Assembly: GCF_036321535.1 (NCBI RefSeq)
Contig: NC_087437.1
Location: 95,792,001 to 95,856,000, forward strand
DNA: 64,000 nucleotides
Direction of reading: 5' to 3'
From: Camelus dromedarius
Lineage: Eukaryota
Made by a program: the position numbers and the translations under genes
Shown here: one piece after another, positions 23,889-37,521 of the stretch
How positions within the stretch are numbered: position 1 is the stretch's first letter
Layout: each line of letters begins with the position of its first letter
Notes under the pieces: model-generated
The model's input: only the letters and a program-made list of their open reading frames with translations
What the model was told of the DNA's origin: nothing
Database searches by the model: none

Positions 23889-24974
23889 CTAGAGGAGTGG
23901 ATTAAATAGACTTTATTCTCCAAAGGTAAGAATCAAAAATGGCATTTTAAGAGACGTAGAATTAGAGTTGGGATGATCGTCAGAATGGTAAAATAATTAT
24001 TCCTAAGTTAGGGGAGATTTCTTTCTTTAAAGACGTAGAAGAGGTGTTGTTACAGAGGCTAAAACATAATACGTATGTTCACAACTGCTTAATGATCATG
24101 TAGAAAAGGAATCTAAACCAGGGTTATAGGTGGAAGGTGGATTTGCAAAATAAGAACTTGTTTGGTAAGAAGAAGAAAAAGATGAAATTATTTATATGCT
24201 TGTGTTGCAAAATGAGCTATTTGTATTCAGAGCACAGAACGGAAATGAACATGATTAAGGTTAAGATGTCTAGGAGTGAGGATTGGAAATTCAACTGGGA
24301 AAACACTAGGGGAATATAAAATATGGCTGTAGGGATAGAAATCTGTTATTCTAAAGAGTAATATTTCACTAAGTAAATAAATAACCATTAAATTTTGATG
24401 TGATGTACAGTCTAGTTATCAGGAGATGTGAAAGCAGCAGTTAATAAAGAAATATATTTAATTTTTAAAAATATGAAATCACTGTAAAAATTTTACATAA
24501 AAATGTGTCTTTAATTTTAACTAGAAATGTTTGTGTTTTACAGGCAGTGAATGGCAGCCACACTGTTAAACTTAGCTCTAACATATGTTACTTTGTCAGC
24601 TTTCACACTGTAAACCCTAGAGGACAGCTGAGCTCCAAGGGTCAAAAGAGGATGACAGGAAGAAAAAAAAAAATGACACACAGTTTCTTTGGCCCTAGGG
24701 GGTGGTCTGCACATAGGAACAGTAATAATAATTTACAGCATTGATCTGCTGAGTTTCTTGAAAAAATAAATTTATGTTCTCAAAAACCCAGGTACAATAG
24801 TAATGAGGGGAGTTTGTCATTATCATTGCACAACCACAAAAAATGAATTCTGCTGGGTCTTATAAACATGACAGGCGTCAATAGCGTACTCGTAAACCAA
24901 CAGCACTCTTTTGCTACTCAGGTGGATTTTTTTCTATTAGTGGTAATAATCTGAGTTAAGAGAATTTGGGCTTC

Positions 24975-25360
24975 TGTTACAGACTGAATTGTGTCTCCCC
25001 CAACTTCATATGTTGAAGCTGTAACCACCGATGTGAGTATATTTGGAGATAAGACCTTTAAAAAGATAATTAAGGCTAAATGAGGTCATAAGGATGGGGC
25101 CCTAATTCAGTATAACTGGTGTCCTTATAAAGGAGAGGAAGAGACACCAGACACTTGACTGCACAGCGAAAAGGTCCCATAAGGACATAGTGAGAAAGCA
25201 GCTGTCTGCAAGCCAAGGAGAGAGGCCGCAGGAGAAATCCAATTTGCCAAAACCTTAATCTTGGATTTCCAGCCTCCAGAACTGTGAGAAAATTAATTTC
25301 TCTTGTTTAACTTACTCAGTCTACAATATTTTGTTATGGCAACCCCAGCAATCTGATACA
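24975..25360 (+). mobile_element. MaLR solo LTR (MLT1A/B-like)
   Basis: tgttacagactgaattgtgtc...ttgttatggcaacccc..gataca, with near-TSD gcttc/acttc. Confidence 0.85.
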
Positions 25361-27703
25361 ACTTCATTTATATATATACACACACATATATATACACACA
25401 CACACACATACGTACATATTTAATTTGCCTTAATCTTCAGACAAATACATAAGGTATTTTATTGTGGGTTATAGAGATTTTTTTTTTTAATTGAAGTATA
25501 GTCAGTTTACAATGTGCTAATTTCTGGTGTACAGCATAATGCTTCAGTCATACATATACATACATATATTCCTTTTCGTATTCTTTTTCATTAGAAATAT
25601 CCCATCCCATTTATGTTGAAATGAGCATACAGCATTTTGGAGTAGACAAATGTTCAGTTTTCTTAAAATTACCTTTTCTCTTATGTGCTAATAATGATAG
25701 GCGTTTATATAACAGATGATGGGTTGTTTTAGTATTAAGTTATTCCAGCTTTTGTAAATATATAAATATTGTTTTCACCATAGACCATTCTGAAGAAACT
25801 GATACAATACCAATACATAAATAAGTTGCTTTGACTTCCAAATATCTAACTTTTTCAACTTTTATTTATTCTTCAGGTGGGTAGTTTTGAGCATTTGCTG
25901 TTTGCCCTGAACTGAACTAGGTGGGGAGGCACGCAGGAAGGGAGATGTGGGTCTAACACTGATGGAACTCAGAGATGGGAGCCTGGAAATCTGATACAAG
26001 GCAAAACAAACACAGAAGAAAAAATTGATGGCAAGAATCTTGGCCTAATTAGAAGGTGGGAATGGGGACCAAAAAAATCCTCCACACTTAAATTTGAAAC
26101 ATAAAAGGCATGGTGGGGAGAGAGATCCATTTGGGAGGTGGGGTTTCCAGAGACAGATAATGGCATTTTCTAGGCTGTCAAGAGAAGGTCCCTGGAGCCC
26201 TGGAGGACCTAACGGAAGGCCAGGATGGCTGAAGGAGAGATGATAAGAGAAGGGCCATGGTAAAGATATGTACTTCACCCTATAGCAAAGGGAAGTCACT
26301 GAGCAGAGTTAAGCAATAAATATACCTGGTCAGACATGCATTTGAAGACATCATTATGCCTCTCCATAGATAGCAGAATTAAAAGGGAATTCGAGTAGAT
26401 GTAGGGAGACCAGAGAGGAGTCATTAGAGTAATTCACATGTGAGATACTTGATGTTTGAATTGGAATATTGGGATGTTGGGATGAATTTGGTTAAGAAAT
26501 GGATAAACAGTATTTTTTGGCAGTCGAAATGACAAGACTTTAAGGGAAGAAAACACACAGGCAGCCAGGGAAATTCCTGAGAGCACAATTTTCAGTTAAA
26601 GGAAGCAGGTAAAGGAAATATATGGAGAAGCTGAGAAAATGTAGTAGTAATAGTTAACATTTATTGATTTCATTACATCAGACATGGAGCTAAGAATTTT
26701 ATCACGTCAGTTAATCATCACAGCTACCTACACAGTGGATATTTGGTAGGGATTCTGAGAAAATATTTTTTCTGGGAGTTCTGAGATCCCCTTTCATCCA
26801 CAATTTTCTGAGATTTTTTTCCCCTTTGTTACTAGGCTGTCCCATACGTTAGATGAATTCTTTAGCCTTAAGTTAAAAAAAGGTTGTAAAACAAGAGATG
26901 ACTTTAGGCCACTAGTTTGGAATGTGAACATGTGGTTAGTTTTTTTGAATATATAGTTAAAAAGGATTGCCCATAGGTGCTCTCAAAAAGACCGATGGCT
27001 TTTTCTCAGGCATGGTCCAGGTAATAGTGGATACATGCAGGCCAACTGATGTGATTGCATTTGCTGAGACCTGTCTATGGAATTCCTGAGCAGGGCATTC
27101 AGGGCCAGTCCTGCAGGGAACCACAGGCTGCCAGGGCAAGGCCCCTAGGAGGTCTGTAGTCAGCTTAGAGAGGTGAGAAGTTGTTACTGTATTTTTCTTG
27201 GAGCTACGATGCTACTGTTTTCTATGCACTGCGCTAAGGATAATAAAACGTGGCGCTAGGGAGGTGATTGCATAAAACCTCACAGCGATGTTTATGTTGC
27301 AGACTTGTTTATAGGAGCACCCCCCTGCCCTCCTCAAAAAAAGAAAAAAAAAATGTGTCAATATAATGGACTATGTAGCACCATTAAAAATATGGAAGTG
27401 TATTAGTAGAGTCATTGGAATGTGTCTGAAGGAACGTCCGCCAACATAGTCACGATAGGTATATCTGAAGGGTAAGCTTTGAAGTGATTTTTACATTCTT
27501 TTGTTTATTGTAGCAAACAACAATCACAGAAATAGGCAATGTTCATTTTTAATTGATGATTACCAGCATAACTATATTTAAGAATAACAGATATGGCAAG
27601 TATGTTTCCAGGCTAGTAAATATCTACTTGTTTATATCAAAAGAAAAAACCACCTCAATTTAGACAGTACTCATTAGTCTATTGTTCAGTCTTAGGTTCA
27701 TAC

Positions 27704-27842
27704 TTATTAGGTGTCCAAAAACAGTAATCTCATTAGAATTCATATTTCACGAAGACATGAAACATTTCTGTTTTGTTCATATTGACCACTACTTTTTTGA
27801 AGGAAATGAATATCATCAGTGGATAAATTCGCTGAGTAGGAC
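27704..27842 (-). pseudogene. Pseudo-exon with RGS helices 2-4 (LQKVVVNMNKTEMFHVFVKYEF**DYCFW)
   Basis: After correcting one extra A in an A6 run (~27793-27798), the peptide matches the RGS pattern L..LL....G...F..FLK.EFSEENxxFW. The next exon begins VEESK (RGS VEEFK). Confidence 0.7.
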
Positions 27843-28278
27843 CTAGCTTTTACAAGCAAAAAACGTATATAAATACCAGGTCAGAAGTCTGTCACTTATC
27901 TTTGTGAGCCTTACTGTCTTAATCTACCTCCTTCCCCTAACAAAAAAATGTCCTAATAGATTATCACAAAGGTTTGTAAGATTTAAATAAGATAATGTTT
28001 ATGAAGTATTTAGCACAGTGTCTGTTACCTGCTAAGCAGGGAGTAAAGCATTATTGATGTTTGACTGCCTAAGATTCACCGATAAACTCTTAACCTGCTA
28101 TGTATACCTAGGAAGTCCTGTGGTCACTCTAATTTTCGTGCTTCTTTATTCTTTGGTATTTGGTTATTACATTTATTACTATGAAACGCTTTAAGTTATT
28201 AAGTCCAAGAAGTAGAATTCAAGTTGATGAGCAATATTTAGCTGAAACATAGAAGTGTTTTGTTAGCATGCTTATCAC

Positions 28279-28427
28279 CTTTTCTTAGTGCTACCCCTGT
28301 AGTCAATTACTTTGTGATGTTGTTTCTTGGGGTTTTTGTTAAAAAGGCTGCGGTTACAGACATGTGTAATAGATCTTTAACTTTCAAACAGGGACTTATA
28401 TTCATGTATTAAAGATCTAAAAACAAC
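28279..28427 (-). pseudogene. Pseudo-exon, module A (VVFRSLIHEYKSLFES*...)
   Basis: ttttccAG| ... aag|GTGATA. 149 nt with a single stop. Its phase-2 end joins the next exon in frame. Confidence 0.55.
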
Positions 28428-29974
28428 CTGGAAAATGTCTGATTTTTGTCTATATCCTCATAAAAGATAATTCTAAATTGGTAAGTGGTGTATATGTGGG
28501 AAACAAGTTATAGAGTGAGAGATTTGGCAGAGTAAATATAAAAATATATTTTGAAATTATGATCATTATTATACATTTATTCATGTAAAATTTTTCTCTT
28601 CATGCCTAGGGTTGTATTGATTAACCTAACAAATTCACGATGAGGTGCAAAAATAAGTGGAAGTTGGGAAAAAATAATCTGAATGTATATGTAATCATAT
28701 GATGAGACAGAAGACTGTCACTCAAGCCAGGTGGCTTGACAACAGTTTTGTTGTTGTTGTTGTTAAATCGTAGACATGAAGAAAGAAAAGAAGACACCTT
28801 ATAAGTATAAAGCTCCTGAGTTTTCACATATTGAATTTACTCTTAAACCTGCTCTCAGAAGCTGCCCTTCATCCTACATCCTACTACATTTCATGATTAA
28901 GGACACAGGTTTTATGAGCAAACAGTTGTTTGAATATCAGGTCTGTTACTTTGTCTTTGTAAGCCTGATTCTCTTAATCTACCCCTCCACCTGGGCCACC
29001 AAAAATGATAATAGATTTTAATTATTCTGATGTCTTCTAATAACATAAATTAGTTTCACCTGCTTTTGTACTTTTTGTAAGTGGAATCATATGGTATATA
29101 ATTTTGTGTGTGGATCTTCTTTTCAACTTGTTTGTAAAATGCACCTTTATTTTGTGTACTGTGATAGTTAATTATCATTGCACAATATTCCATCTTATGC
29201 AAATACCACAATGTATTTGTTTGTTCTGCTCTTGGGGGGTTTCCAGGTTTTGGTTACTAATAGTATGGCTATGAACACCCTAGAACTTGTCCTTTAGTGA
29301 ACTCTTGTTTACCTTTCTGATTGGTGTATTTCTAGGAGTGAAATTACTCAGTCATAAGGTATGCATATCTTTACCATTAGTAGATTTTGGCAAAAAAAAA
29401 AAAAGGTTTCCAAATGGTTGGTGCAATTTATACCTACCCCTCCCCAGTAGCATTATAGGGGAGTCACAGTTGTTTCATGACCTTACCAAGAGTTGGTTTT
29501 GTCTGACTTTTTCGTTTTGCTATTCTGGGGGATGAATACTGGTATCACATTTTTTAATTGTTGGCAATTCCATGATGTCTAATGGAATTGAGTAATTTTG
29601 TATATATTATGGGCCATTTGACCACCATATATTAATTATGAATTATAATATGATATAATGCATATAGAATAACAAATAACACTGTACCTTAGACATTTTG
29701 TTTCTTTCTTGCTTTGTCTTACATCCCTTTACGTTTCTTTCACTCAATATTCCTATTTTCAGGAGCTATTACTTTCTACCCAACATTATATCAATCTCAA
29801 ATCTTTGATCTTATTTAATCTAATTTATATAGATTATCTTTTTGCAATTTGAACATGCTGCTGTGAAATAAACTGTAAACTACATAAAGATGAGGAGGTA
29901 GAAGAGAAGAGAAATAGAAAGTGACAGCTCTATTTAAAATAGAATTTGAGATTTTTGTGAAATATTTATTAAAG

Positions 29975-30740
29975 AACTACCTTGGGGAGGAACACCACAG
30001 AGGTAAGATGCCATTCTCATCACAACGTATCAAAGATACATACTGTCAACATAAGTTATTTTTGAAATTAATTTTGATCACCTGACCGAGGTGGTGGTGT
30101 CAGGTTTCTCTGCTGTAATGTTAGTTACTCCCCCTTCCCTCTCTTTCCAGGACGTTCTTTTTAGAGTTAAGTCACTATGTTCAGCTCACACTCCATGAAC
30201 AGGGAGTTACATTCCTCCTTCCTGAGGGTGGAATATGTACATAAATAACTGGGGATTCTCCTATAAGGGAGATTTATCTATTCTTCCCCATGTATTTATG
30301 TATATATTTACACCAGTATGGAGACAGATATTTTATGTGATGGCTTATCATATAAGACTACTTCTGTGTTGCTGGCATCATTTCAGCTTTGGCCCTTGGG
30401 TGCTCTCTTGGTTGGTTGCTCTTTTCCTTTGATGTGCTGCTATTGTGTGTGAGCGTGCATGTGTGCCGTGCATGTGTGCGAAAGATTCTTTAGCCACTCC
30501 TGGTGTCACGTAGGGAACCTGCAGGCTCTGTAATGAAGAGGCTTTGTGGCACAGGTGGTATCTTTTCAGCTTGCTTCTGTGACTGTGTGTATGTTTTGAG
30601 CACTTCCTTACTTCCTGGCACTATAAGATGCTCTGGACACATTCTATGTATTTCCAACCCCAGGCGTAGAATCAGCCATTTCCTCTTTAGTTGGAAAACG
30701 GTGTTAGAAACAAAGATCTGGCTGTCAACCCATTTTTTTA
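29975..30740 (-). mobile_element. Old L1 (L1MC/MD-type) 3' fragment
   Basis: ggggaggaacaccacagaggtaagatgccattctcatcac...ggaaaacggtgttagaaacaaagatctgg. Confidence 0.7.
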
Positions 30741-30919
30741 GGTGAAAATGTAACATATTTTAAGAGACTACATAAAAACATTTGAGTTAAATTTGGAAAA
30801 GTTAGTGTATTTTGTTTTAAAACCTCAAGTATGTTTTCTGCCTAGACTAGAATACATTTCCGAGTATTTTAAAATAAAATGGAATAAATACACATGACAA
30901 TGTTTCCAAGGTTACTTAC

Positions 30920-31748
30920 TGGATTTATCAGATTAATAAGTATTTAACTTGGGCTAGAAATTATTCCATTGATATGACTAACTGATAGACTTTCTAATTA
31001 AAAAATAAATTAGGCCAGAAATAGCAAGCACTCTGAAGGGCATGTATATTCTGCTTGATAACATTTTTGTCATCTTAATGGAACTGAAGAAATGAAATGA
31101 TTATTATTGTTGCCTTAAGTGTTAAATACTCATCTTTTAAACTCAAAGCTTAGTGAGAAGAGAGAGAACTGTGTTTATATACCACCGAAAGAATATATGG
31201 AAAGAATTAATTTAAAAATCATCTTACTGAATAGATCCAGATTTAAGTTTTTGTCTTCAGAGAAGATGGCTATAACTGTATTTTTCTGAATTATGAAAGA
31301 AATCTGTATTTATCAACAGTTTCTCAGATGTACATATTAAAGTCCACTTAAAAATAAAGAAAATTTTGGGGGAGAGTATAGCTCAGTGGTAGAGTGCATG
31401 CTTAGCATGCACGAGGTCATGGGTTCAATCCCCAGTACCTCCTCCAAAAATAAATTTAAAAATTTTTTTAAAATAAACACAATTTTAATATCATAAAAAT
31501 AATCTTAGGTTGTTGGATGCATAGATGTCAACTGAAGGCGATTGCGAGTAAGACAGTGGATTTTATTAGAGAAAAAGGACACTGCTATGTGGAGCTCACC
31601 CAGTAGACTGTATTAAATTAGACATTGTCTATTCCAAGTTTCTATTTTAAAAGAAATGTTGGGGACATTGCATTTGAAATATATTTTAAAACATCTCCTT
31701 TTCATGTTTAATTATTATTTATTCTAGTTTTAAAATAAATTTTATATT
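30920..31748 (-). pseudogene. Three consecutive pseudo-exons spanning one RGS-like domain (31748-31600, 31346-31228, 31083-30920)
   Basis: Acceptors ttttggctAG, tttatttttaAG and tttcatttcttcAG; donors GTGAGC, GTAAGA and GTAAGT. Peptides TFLLK*KLGI / NMYI*ETVDKYR (TGA where TGG would be) / DDKNVIKQNI..WPNLFFN*KVYQLV..FLAQ follow RGS helix order. Confidence 0.6.
31368..31470 (+). mobile_element. tRNA-derived SINE (camelid vic-1 type)
   Basis: ggggagagtatagctcagtggtagag..gcttagcatgcacgaggtc..gggttcaatccccagtacc plus an A-rich tail. TSD aaataaagaaaatttt / aaataaacacaatttt. Confidence 0.85.
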
Positions 31749-32029
31749 CTAGCCAAAAAACATTATTAGAGTTTACACCACTACTCATTACAACACTTTC
31801 TCAGTGGACAGAAGTATTACCAACAGGCAACAGCCTTTTCTAGCACACACATTCTCTGTGCATTTTAAGTGAGAGTTGTAAACACCTAGGCCAGGGGTGA
31901 TGGATCCAGGTCTTTTAGAGCCTGAATTTATATACCTTGGGAGCCTCTCTTTACAAAAAGAATACAACATTATTGATACAAAATGAATACAAGGCCTTGG
32001 AAGAATTAGGAAACTGAAGGTTTTTTTAA

Positions 32030-32990
32030 TTTACATTTTTAATTTTTTTTTTTTACCTTTTTTTAATTGAAGTGTAGTCAGTTTACAATGTTGTGTCAAT
32101 TTCTGGTGTACAGCACAATGCTTCAATCATACATGAAAACACATATATTCATTTTCATATTCTTTTTCACCATGAGCTACTACAAGATATCAAATATAAT
32201 TCCCTGTACTATACAGTATAAACTTGTTTATCTATTTTATATATACCAGTCAGTATCTGCAAATCTTGAACTCCCAATTTATTCCTTCCCAACTCCTTCC
32301 CCTCGGTAACCCTAAGTTTGTTTTCTTTATCTGTGAGTCTGTTTCTGTTTTCTATGTCTGTGAGTCTGTTTCTTTTTAATAAATAAGTTCATTTATCTTT
32401 TTTTTTTTTTTTTAGATTCCACATATGAGTGATATCATATGGTATTTTTCTTTCTCTTTCTGGCTTACTTCACTTAGAATGACATTCTCCAGGGCCATCC
32501 ATGTTGCTGCAAATGGCATCATTTTATTATTTTTTATGACTGAGTAATATTCCATTGTATAAATATACCATAACTTCTTTATCCAGTCATCTGTTGATGG
32601 GCATTTAGGTTGTTTCCATGTCTTGACTATTGTAAATAGTGCTGCTATGAACATTGGGGTGCAGGTATCTTTTTGAATTAAGGTTCCCTCTGGATTTATG
32701 CCCAGGGGTGGGATTGCTGGATCATATGGTAAGTCTATTTTCAGTCTTTTGAGGAGTCCCCATACTGTTTTCCACAATGGCTGCACCAAACTGCATTCCC
32801 ACCAGCAGTGTAGGAGGGTTCCCTTTTCTACACGCCCTCTCCAGCGTTGATTGTTTGTGGACTTTTGAATGATGGCCATTTTGACTGATGTGAGGTGATA
32901 ACCTCATTTTAGTTTTGATTAGCATTTCTCTGATAATTAGCAATAATTAACATTTTTTCATGTGCCTATTGGCCATTCGTATGTGTTCAT
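32030..32990 (-). mobile_element. 5'-truncated L1: ORF2 C-terminus and 3'UTR
   Basis: ORF 32412-32879 is the L1 ORF2p C-terminus ([51 protein letters not shown]), followed by a polyA tail. Confidence 0.95.
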
Positions 32991-32999
32991 TTTGTGAAT

Positions 33000-34680
33000 A
33001 TGATGTTTGTTTTTATAGATGCTGAACAATTCTTGCATCTCTGGAATAAATCCTACTTGATTATGGTAAGTGATTCTTTTTATATTAAGTCAATTTTTTT
33101 AATAATTTGTTGAAGATATCTGCATCTATGTTCATCATGAATATTGACCTGTAATTTTTTTCTTGTGGTTTCCTTGTCTGGTTTTAGTATCTGGATAATG
33201 CTGACCTGGTGAAATGAATTTGAAGTTGTTTGCTCCTCTTCTGTTATTTTTGGAAAAGTTTGAGAAGACTTGGTGTCAATTCTTTGTCTAAAAGTTTGGT
33301 AGAATTCATCAGTGAAGTCATCTAGTTTTGGACTTTCGTTTGTTGAGAGTTTTTTGATTATTGATTCAATTTACTTATTAATAATTTGTTCAGATTTTTA
33401 AATTTTTTTATGATTCAGCCTTTGTAGGTTATATATTTCTAGGAATTTATCCATTTCTTCTAAGTTGTTCAATTTATTGGTGTGTAATTGTCTATGATAG
33501 TCTCTTATGATCCTTTGTATTTCTGTGGTGTCAGTTGTAATGTCTCTTCTTTCATTTCTTATTTTATTTATTTGAGTCCTTTTCTTTAATTGTCAATCTT
33601 GCTAAAGGTATGTCAGGTAAATATAAACATATAGTAAAGGTAGTAAATCAAGCACTTGCAGAACTAGTAGCGGGGAGAAAGACAAACATAGTAAAATCAT
33701 CTTTATCTACAATAAGGGATACACAAAATAAAGAGATGTTTAATATGATGTTAAAAACATAAAATGTGTTGAGGGAGTAAAAATGTAGCTGTTAGAATGT
33801 GTTCTAGCTTAAGAGATTATCAATTTAAAATATAGCAGTCACTCTATATATAAACCCTATAGTAACCACAGTCCAAAACCTATAATAGATACTGAAAAAA
33901 ATTGAGAGGAATCCAAACATTACACTAAAGATAGTCATTAAATCACAAGGGAAGAGAGCAAGAGAAGAGCAGAGAAACAAAGAAGGACTACAAAAACAAC
34001 CAGAAAGCAATTAACAAAATGGCATAAGTATAATTTCACAATTTCCAAAATTTAGAAGCAACCAAGATGTTCTTTAGTAGGTGAATGGTTAAATAAACTG
34101 TGCTTCATCCAGACAATGAAATATTATTCAGCACTGATAAGAAATGATTTATCAAGCCATGAAAAGACAAGATAAAATCTTAAGTACATATTACTAAGTA
34201 AGAATCCAGTCTGAAAAGGCTACATGCTGCATGATTCCAACTATATAACTGGAAAAGAAACTATATTCTGGAAAAGGAAAAAAAAACTATAGAGACAGTA
34301 AAAAGATCAGTGGTTTCCATGGGTTAGGAGGGAGGAAGGGATGAGTGGGCCGAGCACAGATATTTTTAGGGCAGTGAAACTATGCTGTGTGATACTCTAA
34401 TGGTAGGTATGTATCATTATACATTTGTCAAAACCCATAGAATGTACAACACCAAGAGTGAGCCCCAATGTGAACTATGGAATTTAGGTGATAATGAAAT
34501 GTCAGTGTAAACCCATCAGTTGTGACAAATGTACCTTTCTGGTGGAGGATGTTGATAAAGGAGGGACTGGCAATGTGTGGAGGCAGTGGATAGCTGGGAA
34601 ATCTCTTTATCTTCTGCTCAGTTTTCCTGTGAACCTAAAACTGCTCTTTAAAAATAAGGTATATTAAAACAAAATACAAC
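33000..34680. mobile_element. Rearranged old L1 fragments (antisense ORF2 piece 33000-33610; sense pieces 33620-34680 ending in an L1MC-type 3'UTR)
   Basis: Typical L1 ORF2 antisense sequence, then gaagcaaccaagatgt...cccatagaatgtacaacaccaagagtga...tgtgaacctaaaactgctct. Confidence 0.75.
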
Positions 34681-34777
34681 AAAAGAAAATCAGATGCATG
34701 TTCTTGGGACTTGCCTGGTATAAACAACAATTTTGATGTAAGATTGGGAAACAGATGAGACAGTATCCACCTCAAAG

Positions 34778-35291
34778 TGTTACTGAGTCCAAATTCATTG
34801 TGCTGGTCACATGCCAGGCCAATACATCATGAGATGAGGTGTTGGGGCAAGGAATAACAACTTTATTCAGAAGGCCAGCAGACTAATGTCCTGGAGAGCC
34901 ATCTTCCTCAAGTCAGAATTCAGGCTCCTTTTATACTAAAAGGAAAGAGGGTGTGGTTGGTTGTTGCAAACTTCTTGGTGTGGGAATCCTTTGTTCTTGC
35001 AGCCATCACGATGTTCCAGTAAACCTCCAACAAGACAAATGGTATCCTCTGTTCTGCAACTTCTTGTCTCTATATGAATGGAAAAATGTTATACCTTAAG
35101 GGTCATACCCTTAAGTGTTATACCTTAAGATCAGACCCTTGAGGATGGGCATTCTGTGTATTTCAGGCCATAGGCAACATTCTCTTACAGAAGGTGCAGA
35201 ACCAGCGTGACTAAGCACAGGAAACGGAGCCCAGGGTTAGGGCTAAAGGAACAGATCTAATATGGAGTCTCATTTGTTCTTCCCTATGACA
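34778..35291 (-). mobile_element. ERV1-type solo LTR
   Basis: tgttactgagtcc...gaca, with antisense AATAAA and TATA-like motifs. Confidence 0.75.
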
Positions 35292-36199
35292 AAGTTTTTA
35301 TTTGTTTGATCTGTTGGCATTGCCTTAGCACTGCTCCGTGGCAGGGAGTCAGCCATATCACTTCAGGTGAAAATTTGCCAGGACAGTATCAGGCTCCCCA
35401 TACCCACGAAGCTTTTTTAGACAGAAAGGGCAAGATGAACATCAAGCCTTCACAGATTTTTTCACAATGTAATTTTCCAAAAGAAAAAAAAAAAAAAAAA
35501 AAAAGAATGGGTACTCCAACCAGGGAGCTATAGGAAGGTGATGTTTTTCTTCCCCTCACTTACCTATGTGCCATGTGAGCTTTCAGTAACCACTTTCTTT
35601 CTGAAACACATCCCTCCAAATGACATGAGGGCTTCTGAGTCCCAGAGAATGAGGGCAGTAAAAATATTTAGCATGCGCTTCCAGGAATGGTCCTGCATTT
35701 CCTGAATCGAAGTATTGGCGTGTAAGGTATAAGAGGCTTGATTTTTATGGCTGCAGACACAAAACTGGCTGAGCCATGACAAGGAGGAAGCCTTCTGGAA
35801 GGGCAGGCAGGACGGGAGTGTAGCAGAGCAAGGACGGAGAGGTAGCAGTTAAACGTGCAGCATTGCTCTTTCTGGCCTTGATGGTTAGTCTGTGTCCTTG
35901 GGACTCTCAGGGAGCAGTTTTCATCAAAAAGCACAATTACTCTTATATGTCCCTTTAGAGTTTACAAAGTACGGTCACATAAATTATCTCATTATTATAT
36001 TTGGGGTGTTAGAGATTTCCATGTTTTTCTTTCCCAGTCTCAGTTGATTTTTACATTAATGTCCTGGGGCCAGAGATCATCTCCACTTGACAAAGAAGGA
36101 AACTGAAACTTGACTATTAGTGACTTATTTAAGTTCTCTATGTGCTGCCAATGAAAGCGGAACCAGAACAAAATTCTAGAATTCTGGGCTTGTAATCAT

Positions 36200-36560
36200 T
36201 TACACAGAAAGCATTTCTTCAAAGCAGCAGAGAGGCAGTAGCTGACCTCAAAGCAGTGACCATATACAAACTGCTCTGAAAAACATTTCCTTCTGGCAGC
36301 CAAGCCCGAGCTGAGCGCCAGCAGGAAATGTAGGAGGAGAAAAAACGGGCTCCCCTCTTTCCCTCTGTGCATATGCTTCACAGGCTCCCAAAAAATCCCG
36401 GAATAAGTTTTGTTCATGAGGAAAATTCTGAAAAGAGGTCTTAAATACAAATTGTGTAGGAAAACCCAAAAGCCTAAAGCAAAAATACTGTTGCCCTACT
36501 CAGCTCAGATGAAATCAGTACATCTCGTAACTTTCTTAGGAGAAAGAGACATCCGCTTGG
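36200..36560 (-). pseudogene. RGS helix-4 relic within a long exon of module A
   Basis: 36415-36371 gives EQNLFRDFLGACEAY in one frame and ..IFWEP.. in the adjacent frame. One indel restores EQNL..FW.ACEAY, matching the RGS signature EENLEFWLACEEY. Confidence 0.6.
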
Positions 36561-37236
36561 AAACACCGAGCTTCTTGGAACAGTACAGGGAAAGCCAAAA
36601 AGAAATGAACAGTGGCTATTATTGAATCCAGAAGTTATAACTTTGGGGAGGGCAGGATGCAGAGGCATGGAACGAAGTTGGAAATTCCCATAGGAAATCA
36701 AATCACCATTCCCTCAGCTGGCATTGCGTTTTCACCCTGGCTCTGTTTTACCTCCCTTGAGGGCTCCGGTGACCTAATGCCCCATAACCTTTCAACCAAC
36801 AAACAGCAGTGAAATAATATCTGTTTCAGTAACAGTGAGGCTACTGGGCTGAGGGTGTCGACCACCAGAAAGAAGATCCACTCGATTTCTGTGCACATAA
36901 AGGGGCGTGAGGGAATGGGTTGTGCTGTGATATAATTATCTCTCACTCCTGGGAACACTAGCCCTTGGTCCAGTCTCCACTGCACTCTGAAAATAAGAGC
37001 ATCCATCCCAGTGAGAAATGGGACTATCAAAAGCCAACTTTCAACTTTTCTTGCCTGTACTTTAACAAGTTGTTTTTTATTTCTCATGGAGAAAACATTT
37101 AATTCTCTGGCGCCAATATATACAGCATTTCAGGAACATCCATCAGCCAGAAAGGGCAGTAATTCTCATAAACAAACTGCTGCTACAAAGACCTTGATGT
37201 TTATTCTGTAGGAGAGAGAGACACCTTCAGGCTTAC

Positions 37237-37331
37237 CTGCAAGCAATTGATTAAAATAAGGCTGCTGGCGGAAAGAGTCAGAGGATACAGAACTTTCTGA
37301 ATCAAATTTCTGCAGATTGTAGCCAGTTACT
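37237..37331 (-). pseudogene. Pseudo-exon, module A (LIQKVLYPLTL...INCLQ)
   Basis: tctctAG| ... cag|GTAAGC. Resembles RGS22 'IQSEVLKPLLLYW'. Confidence 0.5.
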
Positions 37332-37521
37332 CTAGAGACACAGAACTTGACATGCCTTAGTGGTTCCCATTACATTTATACAATGTACAGTGAATACAAT
37401 GATGTCAGTGAATTTTTCCCTGAATCATCTAAAAAAATTAATTATACATTGTAGCATTTTAAGGAGGCAAAAATATACATAATGTAACTTATTTAAAAGT
37501 CACCCAAGTTTTCAGTCAAAC

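Noticed and set aside
31368..31445. tRNA-Ala-like sequences (also ~44610-44687, ~55298-55372, ~63290-63366)
   Set aside because: They have A-rich tails, target-site duplications and several diverged copies, so they are tRNA-derived SINEs rather than tRNA genes.
32412..32879. Longest ORF in the window (155 aa)
   Set aside because: It is the C-terminus of L1 ORF2p in a 5'-truncated element, not a host gene.
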